NCBI GenBank assembly: GCA_045536565.1
Contig: JAZSNU010000006.1
Span: 1-42,241, forward strand
Reading direction: 5' to 3'
Length of the DNA: 42,241 nucleotides
Source: Clostridia bacterium
GTDB lineage: Bacteria; Bacillota; Clostridia; TANB77; CAG-465
Positions 1 to 9,779 of the stretch are shown one piece after another (position 1 is the first letter of the stretch; each line of letters starts with the position of its first letter). Position numbers and translations under genes: made by a program. Below the pieces are notes generated by a model, which did not search any database, was not told the DNA's origin, and saw only the letters and a list, made by a program, of their open reading frames with translations.

Positions 1-32
1 TATGTATATTTGCAAATTATTTTTTATGATTA

Positions 33-61
33 TTGTATATTTTAAACATATGTAATATAAT
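33..61 (+). promoter_or_regulatory. sigma-A type promoter for the pdp operon
   Basis: TTGTAT(33-38)-17 bp-TATAAT(56-61). Confidence 0.55.
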
Positions 62-106
62 TGAAGTATGATAAAGTAGATGTTTTATCGATGGAGGAAC
101 ATGTAT

Positions 107-1477
107 ATGAATATAATAGATATAATACCCAAAAAAAGAGATAAAGGAGTTTTGTCAAAAGAAGAAATAACTTTCTTTATAACTGAATATGTTAAAAGAA
201 ATATTGAGGATTATCAAGCATCTGCTCTTTTAATGGCAATGTATATAAATGGTTTAAATGAACAAGAAACAATAGATTTGACAATGGCAATGGCTAATTC
301 TTCAAAGGTGTTAGATTTTGAAGGGATATTTAGAAATAGTTATGTTTTAGATAAACATTCAACTGGTGGTGTTGGAGATAAAGTAACTATAATAGCAATT
401 CCTATTGCCGCTGCACTAGGTGTTAAAACATTTAAAATGTCAGGAAGAGGACTTGGATTTACAGGTGGGACTGCTGATAAATTAGAAAGTATAGAAGGAT
501 ATAATGTATCACAAGAATTGGTACAAGCGCTTAGAATACTAAATGAAAACGGTGCATGTATGATAACACAAAGTGAAGAAATAGCGGCTGCTGACAAAAA
601 GTTATATGCACTTCGTGATGTTACAGCAACTGTTAATTCTATACCACTTATTGCGGCTTCTGTTATGAGCAAAAAAATCGCTTCTGGTGTAGATAAAATA
701 GTTTTAGAAGTTACATGTGGAGATGGTGCATTTTGTGAGACTGAAGAAGATGCAACTAGGCTTGCAGAATTAATGTGTAAGATAGGTAAAGGCATAGGAA
801 AAGAAACAGTTGCAGTTATAACAGCAATGGATCAGCCACTAGGTATTAAAGTTGGTAATACATTAGAAATTGAAGAAGTAATTGAATTTCTTTTAGCAGA
901 TAGAGAAACATTAGAAAGTGACAAGTATTCAGATTTAAAAGCAGTAGTATTTGAAATAGTTGCATATATGATGAAACTTGCAGAAATAGGACCAAGTATA
1001 AGAGAAAATAAATTAGCTATAATGGATGCAATTTTATCTAGAAAAGCATATGAAAAATTTATTGATATAGTAAAAGCACAAGACGGTCATATAACTAGTG
1101 TGTTTATGGAGCATTTAGGGCAGTATGTTGATATTCCAGTACTTCCATATAAAGCTAAATATATTAAAGAAATAAAAGCAGATAAAGATGGATATGTAAA
1201 TTATGTAAGAACAGATGAGGTTGGATACGCGTTAGTGGAACTTGGCGGTGGTAGGCATAAAAAAGATGATGCTATTGATCTATCAGTTGGTTTTGTTATT
1301 AAAAAGAAAAATGGAGATATGGTAAAGCAAGGAGAAACTATAATGCAAGTATTATTTAATGATAGAGATAAATTCGATTTGGCGATAGAACATATTTCTA
1401 AGGCAATAAAAGTAGAAGAATTTAAAGTTATAAACAAACCACATATTTTAAATATTATAACAGGAGAGGATAAGTAA
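107..1477 (+). CDS. pdp: pyrimidine-nucleoside (thymidine) phosphorylase
   Basis: DKHSTGGVGDK, KMSGRGLGFTGGTADKLESI, ADKKLYALRDVTATV, SVMSKK motifs. Start moved to ATG 107, 9 nt after GGAGG (93-97); ORF track start is 80. Confidence 0.93.
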   Translation: MNIIDIIPKKRDKGVLSKEEITFFITEYVKRNIEDYQASALLMAMYINGLNEQETIDLTMAMANSSKVLDFEGIFRNSYVLDKHSTGGVGDKVTIIAIPIAAALGVKTFKMSGRGLGFTGGTADKLESIEGYNVSQELVQALRILNENGACMITQSEEIAAADKKLYALRDVTATVNSIPLIAASVMSKKIASGVDKIVLEVTCGDGAFCETEEDATRLAELMCKIGKGIGKETVAVITAMDQPLGIKVGNTLEIEEVIEFLLADRETLESDKYSDLKAVVFEIVAYMMKLAEIGPSIRENKLAIMDAILSRKAYEKFIDIVKAQDGHITSVFMEHLGQYVDIPVLPYKAKYIKEIKADKDGYVNYVRTDEVGYALVELGGGRHKKDDAIDLSVGFVIKKKNGDMVKQGETIMQVLFNDRDKFDLAIEHISKAIKVEEFKVINKPHILNIITGEDK

Positions 1478-2289
1478 TGATACTACAATCGTTTGTTGCA
1501 ATAAATAGTGCAATACTTGCAACTAGGGCTATAAATACAAAAATAGAAAAGGATATGAGAGAAAAAATATTAACAGATGGTTTGTACCATGTTACTACTG
1601 ATGAAAATGCACAAAAAATAATGGAATCTGGACATATAAGACCAAGTAATATTATTCTTTCTGGTGGGACAAGAAAGTGTTTTTTCTTTGCAGGACTTCC
1701 TAGTTATAGAGATTTGGCGAGTAATTGCGCAAGTGAGGCTACAAAATATGAATTTAAGGCAATTAAATTAAATCCAAATAACGAGGAACTTTCAAAGTTT
1801 AGACAAAGAAGTTTTAATGATGATTCAATAACTTTCAAAGGAAAATGTGAATTACCAGAAGAAAGAACGCAAGTAGTAGATTTAGTTTTGGATATTGATG
1901 AAAAAGGTAATATTTACACAAGAGAAAAAACAGAGGCGGAACTTGAAGAATATGTTCCAAGACCAGAACTAGTTCAGAAAATGCAAGAACTTGGTAATAA
2001 CAATATGATTAAAGTTATGGGAAAGGCTTATTTAAGAGAGTATAAAACAGTAGGACAGAAACTTTTGAAAAAAATAAATGACTTCAAAGATAGATTAACA
2101 AAAAATAAAAGGTTAGAACTTGCGGAAGAAAATGTAAATGTATCAAATGAACAAAACGAGATAAAAGAAAATAGTATAGCAGAAGAATTAAAAAATAGTA
2201 CATATACTATCGAGGAAGCGTATATAAATGATAAACAACTCGAAGAAAAAGATGAACAGGATTTAAATATTGAAAATGTAAGGAGTTAG
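1477..2289 (+). CDS. hypothetical protein; N-terminal half resembles an ADP-ribosyltransferase-like fold, acidic C-terminal tail
   Basis: 270-aa ORF coupled to pdp (TAATG overlap, GAGG upstream); LYHVT..NAQKIMESGHIRPS....CFFF pattern. Confidence 0.6.
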   Translation: MILQSFVAINSAILATRAINTKIEKDMREKILTDGLYHVTTDENAQKIMESGHIRPSNIILSGGTRKCFFFAGLPSYRDLASNCASEATKYEFKAIKLNPNNEELSKFRQRSFNDDSITFKGKCELPEERTQVVDLVLDIDEKGNIYTREKTEAELEEYVPRPELVQKMQELGNNNMIKVMGKAYLREYKTVGQKLLKKINDFKDRLTKNKRLELAEENVNVSNEQNEIKENSIAEELKNSTYTIEEAYINDKQLEEKDEQDLNIENVRS

Positions 2290-2290
2290 T

Positions 2291-2851
2291 ATGAGAGTAA
2301 TAGCAGGTAAATGGAAATCTAAAATATTAAATTCGCCTAAAACAGATAAAACAAGGCCAACATTAGATAGGGTTAAAGAGGCGTTATTTTCAATGCTTAT
2401 GCCATATTTACAAGATGCCACTATACTAGATTTGTTCTCAGGAACAGGGAATTTAGGGATAGAGGCACTTAGTAGAGGTGCTAAATTTGTACATTTTAAT
2501 GATTTAAATAATGATGCCATAAAGGTAATTTATTCTAATGTACAATTGACTAATTACGAAAGTTGTGCTAAAATTACGAAGAAAGACTATGAAAAGTGTT
2601 TGAAATCGTTAAACGAACAGAATGTTAAGTTTGATATTATATTTTTAGATCCACCATATGAAGCAAAAGTGGAGGAAAAATGTTTATCTATACTTGCAAA
2701 TAGTAATTTAATGTATGAAGATACAATTATAGTTTTAGAATCGGATAAGGAAAAAGTATTTAATGAAAGTATAGAAGGTCTATGTTTAGTAGATAAAAGA
2801 ACTTATGGAAGAGTAATGTTAAGGTTGTATAAAAGGGAGGAAAATATATAA
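2291..2851 (+). CDS. rsmD: 16S rRNA m2G966 methyltransferase
   Basis: MRVIAG, TRPTLDRVKEALF, LDLFSGTGNLGIEALSRGA, FLDPPY. Confidence 0.95.
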   Translation: MRVIAGKWKSKILNSPKTDKTRPTLDRVKEALFSMLMPYLQDATILDLFSGTGNLGIEALSRGAKFVHFNDLNNDAIKVIYSNVQLTNYESCAKITKKDYEKCLKSLNEQNVKFDIIFLDPPYEAKVEEKCLSILANSNLMYEDTIIVLESDKEKVFNESIEGLCLVDKRTYGRVMLRLYKREENI

Positions 2852-3288
2852 TGGAAATATTTACACTGTTAGAAAATTTAGAGGAGTTATTAGAAACAGG
2901 AGCAAAAGTACCTTTTTCTTCAAAGGTTATGGTAGATGCAGACGAAGTTAAAGAAGTTTTAGGAGAAATAAGATTAAAATTACCTGATGAACTAAAACAA
3001 GCTAAATGGGTAAAAGAAGAAAGACAAAGAATTATTCAAGATGCAAATAAAGAAGCAGAAGACATAGTAAGAGAAGCTGAAACTAAGATTATATCTATGA
3101 TTGATGATCATGAGATAACTAGACAAGCAATGGCTCAAAAAGAGGAAATAATTGAATCTGCAAATAAAGTTTCTAAAGAAATAAGCATTGGAACAAGAGA
3201 GTATGCAGATGCTTTACTTGAAAGATTAGAAGAAATATTAAATGAAACATTAACAGTTATACACAATAACAGAAAAGAATTAAAATAG
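2851..3288 (+). CDS. conserved coiled-coil protein (family often annotated 'ATPase'/ATP synthase subunit-like, usually near rsmD-coaD)
   Basis: LEELLE..KVPFS.KVMVD...IRLKLPDELKQAKWVKEERQRI, GTREYAD..L; coupled to rsmD. Confidence 0.75.
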   Translation: MEIFTLLENLEELLETGAKVPFSSKVMVDADEVKEVLGEIRLKLPDELKQAKWVKEERQRIIQDANKEAEDIVREAETKIISMIDDHEITRQAMAQKEEIIESANKVSKEISIGTREYADALLERLEEILNETLTVIHNNRKELK

Positions 3289-3326
3289 GTTGATACTATG
3301 TAAATTAAGAAGAGAGTTGATATATA

Positions 3327-5723
3327 GTGGGGAGAAAGAAAACTACAAAAAAGACTAGCACTACTGCTAGGAGAAAAAAGAAAAATGATACAATTGGTTT
3401 AGATTTTATTGGAGGTATATTGGTAGCAATCGGTGTAATACTACTTGTAATTTTAGGGTTTGAAAATACAAGTAGTTTTGCGCTGACCCTTTCTGAAATA
3501 TTGGGTGGCTTGTTTGGTATACTAAAAATAGCTATACCAATTGTTTTTATTATAGTTGGTATAGAATGTATTGTACTAGATAAAGCGATTTATCCTACTA
3601 GTGAAATAATTAAAGGTGTAGTATTTGTTTGCATATTATCAGGCTTAATATATAGTTTTGCCTATGATGATATATTTACAACACATGATGCAACTGGGTA
3701 CATTAAATGGGCCTGGGTAGGTGGAATAACTGGCGATAATCTGGGAGGCATTATTGGTGGACTTGTGACATCTGCTATTGCAGGACTTTTGGGTATGGTT
3801 GCAACAAGAGTAGTTCTTGTAATATTAGCACTTTTTGTAGGGTTATATTTCTTTAATATAGGGCTTAGACAGTTTGTTTTTGGAATAGCAAATATATTTA
3901 TGGCTATCATAGAGTGGGTTATAAATATGTTTAGCGAAGTATTCGAAAAAGACGAGGACGAAATAAAAGAAAAAGAAACTAGAAGAAGAAATAGAGAGCT
4001 TGAAAGAATAAGAGAAAAAGAAAGAAAATTAGAGTTTAAGAAAAATGACAGGATTTCAGAAAATGAAGAAAAGCTTATTAAAGAAGGCTCAGCTGATCAG
4101 CTAGTATTTGATTTAGGGAAATTAGATAAAGAGGAAAAAGCAAAAGAACAAAGAGATGAGTTCTTTAAAAAGCAAAAAGAGGTAAAAGAGGATACATCTG
4201 TAAAAGAAGTATTACAACTCGATCATACAAGACATGCACAAGATGAATCATATATATTCCCACCAATTAGCTTACTTCAAAAACCACAAGGCAGTGATAA
4301 GGGAACAGATAAAAAAACAATACAAGCAACAGCAGTTAAACTTCAAAAAACACTTGCAAGTTTTGGTGTTGATGCAAAAGTTACAAATATTACAAAAGGA
4401 CCAACAGTTACAAGATATGAACTTACTCCAAGTGTTGGTGTTAAAGTAAGTAAAATAGTTAATTTATCAGATGATATAGCACTTAATTTGGCTGCAAAAT
4501 CAATAAGAATAGAGGCACCAATTCCAGGTAAAGCAGCAGTTGGTATAGAAATACCAAATGCAAATAATGAAGGGGTATTTTTAAGAGAAGTAATAGAATC
4601 AGATAAATTTAAAAATGCAGAGTCAAAACTTACTTTTGCAATTGGTAAAGATACAGCAGGGGATATTACTGTTGGAGATATTGCAAAAATGCCTCACGCA
4701 CTTATTGCAGGTGCAACTGGTTCAGGTAAGAGTGTATGCATAAACAGTATAATAACATCAATATTATATAAATCAAAACCAAGTGAAGTAAAACTTATAT
4801 TAGTAGATCCTAAGATGGTTGAACTTTCAGGATATAATGGAATACCACATCTTTTAATACCAGTAGTAACTGACCCTAAAAAAGCAGCGGGAGCGCTTAA
4901 TTGGGCAGTACAAGAAATGGTTAATCGTTATAGTCTGTTTGCATCGAAAGGTGTAAAAGATATAAAAGGGTATAACAAGATAATGGAAACTGAGGAAGCA
5001 GGAATAAAATTACCTCAAATAGTCATAATAATAGATGAGCTTGCAGACTTAATGATGGTAGCGCCAAATGATGTAGAAGATGCAATTTGTAGATTAGCAC
5101 AAATGGCGAGAGCCGCAGGTATGCATTTAATCATTGCAACACAAAGACCATCAGTAGATGTAATTACAGGGTTAATTAAAGCAAATGTTCCATCAAGAGT
5201 TGCATTTACCGTATCTTCACAAGTAGATTCTAGAACAGTTTTAGATCAAGCAGGAGCAGAAAAACTTCTTGGAAGAGGAGATATGCTATATTTCCCTGTT
5301 GGTGAAATTAAACCACTTAGAATGCAAGGCGCATTTGTTACTGAAAAAGAAGTTGAAAATATTGTTGAATATATAAAGAAAAATACAACTACAACATACG
5401 ATGAGGATATTATAGAAAGTATAGAAAAGGCAAATAAAAAGGGAAGAGAAGAAGAGGGAGAAGATGCAAAAGAAGCAGATGTACTTTTAAATGATGCTAT
5501 TGATTTAGTAGTAGATTTAGGTAAGGCTTCTGCATCAACAATTCAAAGAAGATTTTCAGTAGGATACGCAAGAGCAGGAAGGATAATAGACCAAATGGAA
5601 CTTCGTGGTATTATATCAGGTCCTGATGGAAGTAAACCAAGACAGGTATTAATATCAAAAGAAGAGTGGCAAGAATTAAAAATGGGAAATAGTAATGAGG
5701 AAAAAACAGAAGAGGAGAACTAA
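3327..5723 (+). CDS. ftsK: DNA translocase FtsK/SpoIIIE
   Basis: N-terminal TM segments, Walker [32 protein letters not shown], gamma domain [19 protein letters not shown]; GTG start. Confidence 0.95.
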   Translation: MGRKKTTKKTSTTARRKKKNDTIGLDFIGGILVAIGVILLVILGFENTSSFALTLSEILGGLFGILKIAIPIVFIIVGIECIVLDKAIYPTSEIIKGVVFVCILSGLIYSFAYDDIFTTHDATGYIKWAWVGGITGDNLGGIIGGLVTSAIAGLLGMVATRVVLVILALFVGLYFFNIGLRQFVFGIANIFMAIIEWVINMFSEVFEKDEDEIKEKETRRRNRELERIREKERKLEFKKNDRISENEEKLIKEGSADQLVFDLGKLDKEEKAKEQRDEFFKKQKEVKEDTSVKEVLQLDHTRHAQDESYIFPPISLLQKPQGSDKGTDKKTIQATAVKLQKTLASFGVDAKVTNITKGPTVTRYELTPSVGVKVSKIVNLSDDIALNLAAKSIRIEAPIPGKAAVGIEIPNANNEGVFLREVIESDKFKNAESKLTFAIGKDTAGDITVGDIAKMPHALIAGATGSGKSVCINSIITSILYKSKPSEVKLILVDPKMVELSGYNGIPHLLIPVVTDPKKAAGALNWAVQEMVNRYSLFASKGVKDIKGYNKIMETEEAGIKLPQIVIIIDELADLMMVAPNDVEDAICRLAQMARAAGMHLIIATQRPSVDVITGLIKANVPSRVAFTVSSQVDSRTVLDQAGAEKLLGRGDMLYFPVGEIKPLRMQGAFVTEKEVENIVEYIKKNTTTTYDEDIIESIEKANKKGREEEGEDAKEADVLLNDAIDLVVDLGKASASTIQRRFSVGYARAGRIIDQMELRGIISGPDGSKPRQVLISKEEWQELKMGNSNEEKTEEEN

Positions 5724-5752
5724 ATAATATATAATTTAGGAGGAATAGATAT

Positions 5753-7378
5753 ATGAAAATAACTTTTTTTGGAGCAGCAAAAGGTGTAACAGGCTCTTGT
5801 CACATGGTTGAAGCATGTGGTAAAAAATTCTTAGTGGATTGTGGTATGTTCCAAGGAACACTTACAGAGCAAATGCTAAATTATGAAGAATTTCCTTTTA
5901 ATATACAAGATATAGATTTTGTAATACTTACACATGCACATATAGATCATAGTGGAAGAATACCCAAACTATATGTAAATGGATATAAAGGACCAGTATA
6001 CGCTACAAAAGCAACCTGTGATCTTTGCTCTATAATGTTGCCAGATAGTGGACATATACAAGAAAAAGAAATAGAATGGGTAAATAGAAAAAGAATGAGA
6101 GCAGGTAAAAAGCCTACTACTCCAATGTATACAGCAGAAGATGGATTAAATTCAATAAACATATTTGAAAGGGTAAGTTATAACGAGTATGTAGAGGCGG
6201 CAGAAGGCATATCATTTAGAATGATAGATGCCGGACACATGCTTGGATCTGCAATAGTAGAGATCTGGATAACAGAAGAAGGCAAAGAAACTAAAAAAAT
6301 AGTATTTTCAGGTGATTTAGGTAATAGCAATATGCCAATAATAAGAGACCCAGACCCAGTAGAAGATACTGACTTTCTTGTTCTTGAATCTACTTATGGT
6401 GGTAGACTTCATGGCGAAATGAAAGAACAATCAGAGGAATTTGTATCAATAATTTTAGATACAATTGAAAGAGGTGGTAATGTTATAATACCATCATTTG
6501 CAGTTGGAAGAACACAAGAGTTGTTATATGAAATAAATAAATATGTTGAAAACAATGAACATTATATTAAAAAACTTGCTGAAATACCTGTATATGTTGA
6601 TAGTCCACTTGCAATTAGTGCTACAAAGGTGTTTGAAAAAAATCCTGAATGCTATAACGATGAAGCACTTCAATATTTATTAAAAGGAGATAATCCATTA
6701 GCATTTAGAAACTTGCATTTCGTAGAAACTGCTGATGAATCAAGAGCATTAAACGAAGATCCAACTCCTAAGATTATTATATCTGCTAGTGGTATGTGTG
6801 AAGTTGGAAGAATAAAACATCATTTAAAATGGAATTTATGGAGACCAGAATGTACAGTACTTTTTGTAGGATATCAAGCAGAAGGAACACTTGGTAGAAA
6901 GCTATTAAATGGTGAAAAATTAGTTAAAATATTTGGCGAAGAAATAGGTGTAAATGCTGAAATTAGATACCTAGATGCCTTTTCTGGTCATGCCGATCAG
7001 GATGGATTAATCAAATGGGTAAATGATTTAACAGTTAAACCTAAAAACATATTCCTAGTTCATGGTGAATATACAGGACAACTTAAATTAAAAGCAGAAA
7101 TCGAGGAAAAATTAGGAATAGAATGTATAATACCAGAACTTGAAGATAGTTACACAATAGATGATAATAAAGTATGTATTAAACACAAATTTAATCTTAA
7201 ATATGTATCTGCAAGATTTGAAGTACTTGAATTATTATCTGATTTAAAACTTGATATAGATAATATGACAAATGTAATAAAAGGACAATTAAAACATAAT
7301 GTAGAAGAAGATGAGCTTGTAGATATTAGAGAAAAACTTGAGCAATTAAAATTTGCAATAGAAAATGTAAAGGAGTAA
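5753..7378 (+). CDS. MBL-fold beta-CASP ribonuclease
   Basis: THAHIDHSGR, AGHMLGS, FSGDLG, ESTYG, FAVGRTQE, SASGMC, FSGHAD, VHGE; AGGAGG RBS. Confidence 0.92.
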   Translation: MKITFFGAAKGVTGSCHMVEACGKKFLVDCGMFQGTLTEQMLNYEEFPFNIQDIDFVILTHAHIDHSGRIPKLYVNGYKGPVYATKATCDLCSIMLPDSGHIQEKEIEWVNRKRMRAGKKPTTPMYTAEDGLNSINIFERVSYNEYVEAAEGISFRMIDAGHMLGSAIVEIWITEEGKETKKIVFSGDLGNSNMPIIRDPDPVEDTDFLVLESTYGGRLHGEMKEQSEEFVSIILDTIERGGNVIIPSFAVGRTQELLYEINKYVENNEHYIKKLAEIPVYVDSPLAISATKVFEKNPECYNDEALQYLLKGDNPLAFRNLHFVETADESRALNEDPTPKIIISASGMCEVGRIKHHLKWNLWRPECTVLFVGYQAEGTLGRKLLNGEKLVKIFGEEIGVNAEIRYLDAFSGHADQDGLIKWVNDLTVKPKNIFLVHGEYTGQLKLKAEIEEKLGIECIIPELEDSYTIDDNKVCIKHKFNLKYVSARFEVLELLSDLKLDIDNMTNVIKGQLKHNVEEDELVDIREKLEQLKFAIENVKE

Positions 7379-7393
7379 AAATGTTGTAGTAAT

Positions 7394-7425
7394 AAAAGGG
7401 GATTTCTACTTTGAAATCTCTTTTT
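7394..7425 (+). terminator. intrinsic terminator
   Basis: AAAAGGGGATTTC/GAAATCTCTTTTT inverted repeat with T-run after the operon. Confidence 0.75.
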
Positions 7426-7457
7426 CTATTTATATAGTTAGTATAAATAATATAAAA

Positions 7458-7486
7458 TTGACATAATTGTTTGCATGTTGTATACT
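7458..7486 (+). promoter_or_regulatory. sigma-A promoter
   Basis: TTGACA(7458-7463)-17 bp-TATACT(7481-7486). Confidence 0.7.
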
Positions 7487-7579
7487 ATTATGGTAGTAAA
7501 ATAAAAATAGCTAATATAATTATTAGCGGAGAGGAGAAGTTTAATAATTTGATTTTTATAAAAGAAAGGAAGATGATTT

Positions 7580-8239
7580 ATGTTTGATGGTGTAGGTAAA
7601 GATGAAATTATGGAAGCCAAACGGACAATGTTTGCAAAAAGCTTTTTTTTGATGTTTATAGGGCTAATGATTACGGCAATAGCATCTTTTGCTTGGATTA
7701 TGATTTTTCCGGGTATTAATGGTACAATAGTTACAATGTTATCAATGCTTGAAATTGTTGTTGTTTTTGTTTTAATTGCAAAAATTGAAAAGTTTTCTAC
7801 TGGTGTAGCAACAACATGGTTCATCATATATTCTATACTTAACGGTATAACGATATCTAGTATATTTATATATTATGAACTGTCATCGATTGTATATACA
7901 TTCTTAATCTCAGCAGTAATGTTTTTAATTATGGCACTATACGGTTATTTCACAAAAAGAGATTTAAGTAAATTAGCACCATATTTGGTTGTAAGTCTTT
8001 TAGGATGTTTAGTTGTTCTAATTATAAACATTTTTATAGGAAGTAGCACAGTTGATATTATAGCATCATTAGTTGTAATAGTTACAGTGATGCTCGTGAC
8101 AGCATGGGATATTTATACTATGAAACACAGTAATCTATATTTCATGAATAATGCACACATATATTTTGCATTATCGCTATACTTGGATTTTATCAATATA
8201 TTCTTGTATTTGTTAAAATTCTTGGGAAAGAAAAAATAA
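7580..8239 (+). CDS. Bax inhibitor-1/YccA family membrane protein
   Basis: About 7 TM segments, YGYFTKRDLS, C-terminal ALSLYLDFINIFLYLL. Confidence 0.9.
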   Translation: MFDGVGKDEIMEAKRTMFAKSFFLMFIGLMITAIASFAWIMIFPGINGTIVTMLSMLEIVVVFVLIAKIEKFSTGVATTWFIIYSILNGITISSIFIYYELSSIVYTFLISAVMFLIMALYGYFTKRDLSKLAPYLVVSLLGCLVVLIINIFIGSSTVDIIASLVVIVTVMLVTAWDIYTMKHSNLYFMNNAHIYFALSLYLDFINIFLYLLKFLGKKK

Positions 8240-8245
8240 ACAATG

Positions 8246-8280
8246 AAAAACTGAATTACATAATTTGTAGTTCAGTTTTT
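8246..8280. terminator. bidirectional intrinsic terminator
   Basis: AAAAACTGAATTACA/TGTAGTTCAGTTTTT between convergent genes. Confidence 0.8.
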
Positions 8281-8298
8281 TATATATAGTTGACTTTT

Positions 8299-8667
8299 CT
8301 ATTCTTCATTTGGCATAAAACTATTTAATGTTCCATAGATTGCAGCTGCAATAAGGCTAGATAACATTGAAATATAATAACCAGGAACTATAAATTGAGT
8401 CATATATATAATTATAGCAGCAGACACAAATCCTACAATTCCTCTACCAATAGAGCTATCATTTATTCCCGTTATAATTGACATCATATAGTCTAATATA
8501 ATTATAACAAGGGAACTTAAAAATAAAGCAGGAAGGGATGTTATATTAAAATTTGGTGTAAAAATAGTTGTTGCAGTAAGTATTGCCGTTGCAGATATAT
8601 ATTTTAATACTAATGCTGTAATTCTTGTTTTATCATGGATATTAAATAAAGATTTTCCATCTGTCAT
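8299..8667 (-). CDS. small 4-TM membrane protein, phage holin 4/YvlD-like family
   Basis: Hydrophobic; GRGIVGFVSAAIIIYMTQFIVPGY..S...LIAAAIYG. Start moved to ATG 8667 after GGAGG (8679-8675). Confidence 0.7.
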   Translation of the reverse strand: MTDGKSLFNIHDKTRITALVLKYISATAILTATTIFTPNFNITSLPALFLSSLVIIILDYMMSIITGINDSSIGRGIVGFVSAAIIIYMTQFIVPGYYISMLSSLIAAAIYGTLNSFMPNEE

Positions 8668-8699
8668 ATGTAAACCTCCAATTTTAAAATTATCTTTAA

Positions 8700-8736
8700 T
8701 ATTATTTGTATATTTTTGAAACATATGCAAAAAATA
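8700..8736. promoter_or_regulatory. overlapping divergent SigG-like (forespore) promoters
   Basis: + strand GTATA(8708-8712)-17-AAAAATA(8730-8736); - strand GCATA(8728-8724)-17-AATAATA(8706-8700). AT-rich context makes chance matches possible. Confidence 0.4.
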
Positions 8737-8760
8737 TTATTAAAATGTTGGAGGTAATTT

Positions 8761-9396
8761 ATGTTAGTTGTTTTTACAAGAGCAGTAATACTTTTTGTTA
8801 TAGTATTTATAGTTATTAGGTTAATGGGAAAAAAAGAGCTTTCACAAATTCAGCCATATGAATTTGTAATAATATTATTGATTGCAGATCTAGCATCTGG
8901 TCCGATGTCGGATAGAAACATGACTACATTTTATGGCATAGTGCCTATTTTAGCTTTACTTGTTATGTATATGATTGTTAGTTTTTTACTTAAAACAAAT
9001 AAAAAAGTCCAAAATATAGTATGTGGAAATCCTGTACTTTTAGTATCAGATGGTAAAATTATTGAGTCAGAAATGAAAAAACAAGAGTATATGATTGAAG
9101 ATTTAATGTCGCAAATAAGAAGTAGAGGAATATTTAAAGTCCAAGATGTAGCATATGCAATACTTGAAACAAATGGGAATTTAAGTGTTATATCAAAAGC
9201 AGAAAGTCAAGGCAAACTTCCGCTGAATGTTATAAACGATGGAGAAAGATTAGCAGGTAATTTAGAAATATTAAAAATATCAGATGAAAAATTAAATAAA
9301 ATATTAAAAAAATATGCTGTAAAAGAAGATGATATATTAATTGCAACTATTGATGAAAACAATAACTTTATATATCAATTAAAGGAGGAAAAGTGA
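8761..9396 (+). CDS. DUF421/YetF family membrane protein
   Basis: IRLMGKKELSQIQPYEFVI, P.LLV.DGKI, VAYAILETNGNLSVI; GGAGG RBS. Confidence 0.9.
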   Translation: MLVVFTRAVILFVIVFIVIRLMGKKELSQIQPYEFVIILLIADLASGPMSDRNMTTFYGIVPILALLVMYMIVSFLLKTNKKVQNIVCGNPVLLVSDGKIIESEMKKQEYMIEDLMSQIRSRGIFKVQDVAYAILETNGNLSVISKAESQGKLPLNVINDGERLAGNLEILKISDEKLNKILKKYAVKEDDILIATIDENNNFIYQLKEEK

Positions 9397-9779
9397 AAAT
9401 GAAACAAATATTAATATTTGTAATTACTCTTTCTATAATAATTGGGGTTGGAATATGGGAAATAACATATTTAAAAGAGAGTAGTAGTTATTTTTTATCA
9501 GATATAAGTGATGTATATCAAATTGCAAGTAGAGAAGATTATGAACTTGCAAAAACAGAAGCGAAAAAATTACAACAAACATGGGATAATATTAGAAAAA
9601 CATGGGCTTTATTTATAGATGATAATCAAATGGATGAAGTAGGAGATAGGTTGGTATCCTTTGTTTCTTACATCCATAACAAAGATAAAGGAGAAATATA
9701 TCATAGTTATAAATGTTTATCTAATTCAGTAAATAGTGTAGTAGAATTTGAATATCTAAAACCCCAAAACATTTTTTAA
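9393..9779 (+). CDS. DUF4363-like protein
   Basis: N-terminal TM; W...R..WALFID...MDEV; C-terminal E.LKPQNIF; usual partner of DUF421. Start GTG 9393 or ATG 9399. Confidence 0.75.
   Translation: MKMKQILIFVITLSIIIGVGIWEITYLKESSSYFLSDISDVYQIASREDYELAKTEAKKLQQTWDNIRKTWALFIDDNQMDEVGDRLVSFVSYIHNKDKGEIYHSYKCLSNSVNSVVEFEYLKPQNIF

Noticed and set aside
7526-7550. SD-like GGAGAGGAG in the leader of the BI-1 gene as a leader-peptide RBS
   Set aside because: No start codon follows at a usable distance.
8299-8667. Holin-like gene as evidence of a prophage
   Set aside because: No endolysin, structural or integrase genes are nearby, and this family is commonly chromosomal.
2291-9396. Possible genetic-code reassignment in this very AT-rich genome
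   Set aside because: AGG encodes the conserved Arg in rsmD (TRPT, DRV), TGA acts as a stop (9396, 41355), and conserved genes translate intact with table 11. CGG is too rare here to judge.
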